Shown one piece after another: positions 61,348 to 64,000 of a DNA stretch of 64,000 nt (positions are counted from its first letter, which is position 1; each line of letters opens with the position of its first letter). The DNA lies in IMG/VR virus record IMGVR_UViG_3300005529_000002, positions 35,933 to 99,932 of that record; one strand, given 5' to 3'. The stretch is from a virus. The notes beneath the pieces are model-generated. The model made no database searches and was not told the origin of the DNA. It worked only from the letters and a program-made list of their open reading frames with translations. Made by a program: the position numbers and the translations under genes.

Positions 61348-61896
61348 ATGTCCGCCGACAACCGGATCCTCGCGCTCCAGTACGCAATCGAGACCGTCGT
61401 CCCCGACGGCGGGGGCTTCCCGCCCGAGAAAGGCGGCGACGTCACAGCCGTCGCGGACATCTACTACAGGTGGCTTGAAGGCCCGGCCGTCCTGTTCCTC
61501 ACCGCCGATCCCGTTACTTTTGACCAGGCTGCACCGGAGGGTCCGGGCACGCCTACTATCCGGAAAGGAACCGCCGCCGTGCAGCTCACCGATCTTCAGC
61601 AGGTCACCCTGTCCATCGCCGAGGAGGACAGCAAAGGCCAGCCGGTCGCCGACTCTCTCGTGTGGTCTGTCGATGACCCTGGCGTGATCTCCCTCGTGCC
61701 GTCCGCCGACACCCAGTCGTGCCTGTGCGTCGCCGGGACCGACGGCACCGCCACCGTCACGGTCACCGACAACTCGGTGACTCCGCCGCTCACCGGCACA
61801 GAGACGATCACCGTCGTCTCCTCGGCGGCCACCTCCCTGGTCATCAATGAGGGCACCCCGGAGGACCAGCCGCCCGCGCCTGCCCCCGGCAGCTGA
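61348..61896 (+). CDS. Protein with a C-terminal Ig-like domain
   Basis: LVWSVDDPGVISL......VAGTDGTATVTVT; internal RBS and GTG at 61579. Confidence 0.7.
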   Translation: MSADNRILALQYAIETVVPDGGGFPPEKGGDVTAVADIYYRWLEGPAVLFLTADPVTFDQAAPEGPGTPTIRKGTAAVQLTDLQQVTLSIAEEDSKGQPVADSLVWSVDDPGVISLVPSADTQSCLCVAGTDGTATVTVTDNSVTPPLTGTETITVVSSAATSLVINEGTPEDQPPAPAPGS

Positions 61897-61912
61897 GGCC
61901 GCGAGCAAGCAG

Positions 61913-61961
61913 AACGGCCGCCCCGGCTCGTCCTTCGGGACAGAGCCGGGGCGGCCGTTTT
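61913..61961 (+). terminator. Late-operon terminator
   Basis: 17-bp stem AACGGCCGCCCCGGCTC/GAGCCGGGGCGGCCGTT, inner cUUCGg loop, T-run. Confidence 0.8.
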
Positions 61962-62082
61962 CGTCATGCCCGGATAACGGCAAGGGCCGGGCTATCACCC
62001 TTCGGGCCGTATGCAAGAGCCCTGGTCAGGATGCTGTTGTAACCGGCGAGGCAAGGGAAGCCAGCGCCCGGCCCTGCCGTGC

Positions 62083-62694
62083 CTAGTAACCGAGGATGTT
62101 CCCCGAGCCGGGATCCTGCCCGCCGCCGTTGCCTAGCGCGTCGGTCCACGTCTGGGCCAGCGAATGCGGGGGGCGCAGCGAATGAGCTGTCGAATAGGCC
62201 CACGACCAGTCCGTGATCCCGGGACCCCCGAACACGGTCCCTGCCGGGAACGCCTGCTCGAACCACAGCGACGTGGTCTGCTCAGGCGCCGCCGGGGCTC
62301 CGTCCTCCGAAGCCGGGACCAGTGACATGTCCGGTGCGGCGCTCGCGGTGAACGAGTACGACGCGCCGCCTACCGCGGAGCCGGTCACGCCCGACAGGAT
62401 CACCTCCCCGGCGTCGGCGCCGCCCTGGTCGGGGGTCAGCGCCCCCGCGATCGCCGTGAACGTGCCGTTGTCGGAGACGGTCGCGGTGTAGGTGCCGGGG
62501 GCGGTCTGGGTGATGATCAGGGTCCGGGTCAGGTTGTCGCCGGCCCATGTGCCGCCGCCGCCCGAGTCGGGACGGCCGGTGAGGGTGGTGACGGCCTGGA
62601 GGGTCGTGGAGGCGTGCGCGGCCGGGGAAACCGCCAGCGTGCCGGTGAGTGCCGCCGCTGCGATAGCGGCGAGGAGGAGGTGCCTGGTTCTCAT
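62083..62694 (-). CDS. Secreted protein
   Basis: Sec signal ending AHA; CAGGAAGG RBS. Confidence 0.8.
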   Translation of the reverse strand: MRTRHLLLAAIAAAALTGTLAVSPAAHASTTLQAVTTLTGRPDSGGGGTWAGDNLTRTLIITQTAPGTYTATVSDNGTFTAIAGALTPDQGGADAGEVILSGVTGSAVGGASYSFTASAAPDMSLVPASEDGAPAAPEQTTSLWFEQAFPAGTVFGGPGITDWSWAYSTAHSLRPPHSLAQTWTDALGNGGGQDPGSGNILGY

Positions 62695-62992
62695 TGCGAG
62701 TGCCTTCCTGGTGGCTGCGGGAAAGGAGGGGGTTGCGGGCCGGGCGGGCGGCCTTCAGGCACCCCGGCCATCACACCGGAGCCGGGGCGCCGTGAGCAGG
62801 TACCGCTGGCAGCCGCCGCGAAAGGTCGGATCGGCGGTGCCCGGCCCGCAAGCCGGTTCCGGGGACGGGCTTCGTCCTTCAGCGGCGAGCCGGGCAGAGC
62901 AAACCGACGGACCCGGCTGCCGCCTGAGCAGGAGCGCGTTGACTGGAAGCGGATACAGGGAATCCAGCGCCCGCCCCCGGAAGATCAGAGAG

Positions 62993-63724
62993 TCAGAACG
63001 CCTTGCCGAAGTCGGCGCCCCACAGCTGGTTCGATTCGATCGTCTCCGGCGCCCCGGTCAGGAACCCGGTCAGGTTGTCGACGTACAGCTGCGGGCGCGG
63101 CTTGTCGGCCGGGAACGAGCCGGCCGGGTAGGTCAGCACGAACGGGTGCGAGAAGTTCGTGTCCGAGCCGTTGATCGCCGGGAGGTAGAACTTCGCGAAC
63201 CCTGTCGGGTCCTCCGTGTCGACCGCCCACACTGTCTTCCCGGACACGCCGCACGGCTGGAGCGACACCTTCTCGCCGCTGAACGCGGTAGCCGCGACCC
63301 CGGCGCACAGGCCCGTGTCCGCGCCGTACGGGGCGTACTCGACCTCGAACGCTTCCAGGTCCGACTGTCCCGCGCACGTGGGGAACGCCGGCAGGGTGCA
63401 GCCGTAGCGGAGCGCGAACGAGGACGACACCAGGCCCGCCGCGTAGAAGTCCGCCACGGTGCCCTGCGCCGCGACCGTGAAGTCCTCGGCCGGGTCGGCG
63501 TTGGACTGGCCGAACAGGATGACCGGGGTGCCGGCCGCCTGGCCCCGCTTGTAGACGTCCATCAGGAACATCGGGCTGGCGTGGGTGCCGAAATCACGGG
63601 AGAACACGTCGATGCAGCTTCCGCCGCATGACGGGGTGGCCGCGTCCGCGGTCCCGGCGGCTGCGATCCCGCCGATGGTGACAGCGCACGCTGCGATAGC
63701 GAGCGCCTTGGTGGTGAACCTCAT
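62993..63724 (-). CDS. Secreted protein, ricin-B/beta-trefoil-like
   Basis: Sec signal ADA; GLCAGV...VSLQPC...TVW and NQLW motifs; AAAGGA RBS. Confidence 0.75.
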   Translation of the reverse strand: MRFTTKALAIAACAVTIGGIAAAGTADAATPSCGGSCIDVFSRDFGTHASPMFLMDVYKRGQAAGTPVILFGQSNADPAEDFTVAAQGTVADFYAAGLVSSSFALRYGCTLPAFPTCAGQSDLEAFEVEYAPYGADTGLCAGVAATAFSGEKVSLQPCGVSGKTVWAVDTEDPTGFAKFYLPAINGSDTNFSHPFVLTYPAGSFPADKPRPQLYVDNLTGFLTGAPETIESNQLWGADFGKAF

Positions 63725-63901
63725 GGGGTTCCTTTCAGTTTGCCGGCATCCCCCTGCGGGACGCCGTCTGATGCTGCCTCCCTCACGGGAGGCCCGTACC
63801 CCGCCGTGCTGCGGTGGCGGGGAGAAGGTCTAGGTGTATCGGCCCAGGTCAGGCACTAGCTTGTTTACGAACCTATGACGAACGATGAAGGTCCCAAAAG
63901 A

Positions 63902-64000
63902 CTATTCCTCCCCTGGTTCTTCCCAGACCGGTATCACCGCGATATCCGCGGGCTGCCTCGGCCCGGTGCGGGTCACCATGACAGCCCTGACGAGCGGTCT
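63902..64000 (-). CDS. C-terminal fragment of a gene entering from the right edge
   Basis: Open frame DRSSGAVMVTRTGPRQPADIAVIPVWEEPGEE*. Confidence 0.35.
   Translation of the reverse strand, partial: RPLVRAVMVTRTGPRQPADIAVIPVWEEPGEE

Larger units (their letters stand above)
1..61960. mobile_element. Temperate siphophage/prophage carrying an AICE/plasmid-type transfer module; boundaries not visible
   Basis: CI/Cro switch, RecE-like gene, TerS/TerL, portal, capsid, tail tube, chaperone frameshift, tape measure and lysis genes in largely canonical order. Confidence 0.93.

Noticed and set aside
1-64000. tRNA, rRNA, integrase, att sites, RCR Rep
   Set aside because: None recognisable by eye; tRNAscan and flanking sequence are needed to exclude them

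Overview
High-GC actinobacterial temperate siphophage/prophage; small-protein families suggest a filamentous Streptosporangiales-like host (inference). Left to right: (1) a leftward early operon (N-terminus of a RecE-like nuclease, Cro-like HTH) and a divergent CI-like repressor, separated by a perfect 16-bp inverted-repeat operator; (2) an ~18 kb accessory region with three more divergent regulator switches (GntR, two RHH), a SAM methyltransferase, BldC-like and WhiJ-like HTH proteins, a Phd/RelE-type TA pair, and an actinomycete-plasmid/AICE-type transfer operon (WhiB, TraB/FtsK translocase followed by clt-like CTAAC repeats, Spd-like membrane proteins, actinobacterial IHF, DUF2637/SpdA-like protein); (3) an apparently complete late region: terminase, a portal-2H phosphodiesterase-MuF fusion, XkdF-like protease, scaffold, capsid, head-tail genes, tail tube, frameshifted tail chaperone, tape measure, tail fibre/hub, holin-like genes and two candidate lytic enzymes, interrupted by reverse-strand leaderless morons including a BCS1-like AAA ATPase; (4) two secreted cargo proteins. 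The two most notable items are a conjugative TraB/clt/Spd module inside a virion-encoding element, and a portal fused to an Acb1-like 2H phosphoesterase that carries the same CCCAAAA -1 slippery site as the tail chaperone, placed exactly at the 2H/MuF boundary. No confident integrase, att site, tRNA, rRNA or CRISPR was seen. Family names come from motif recognition, not database searches.
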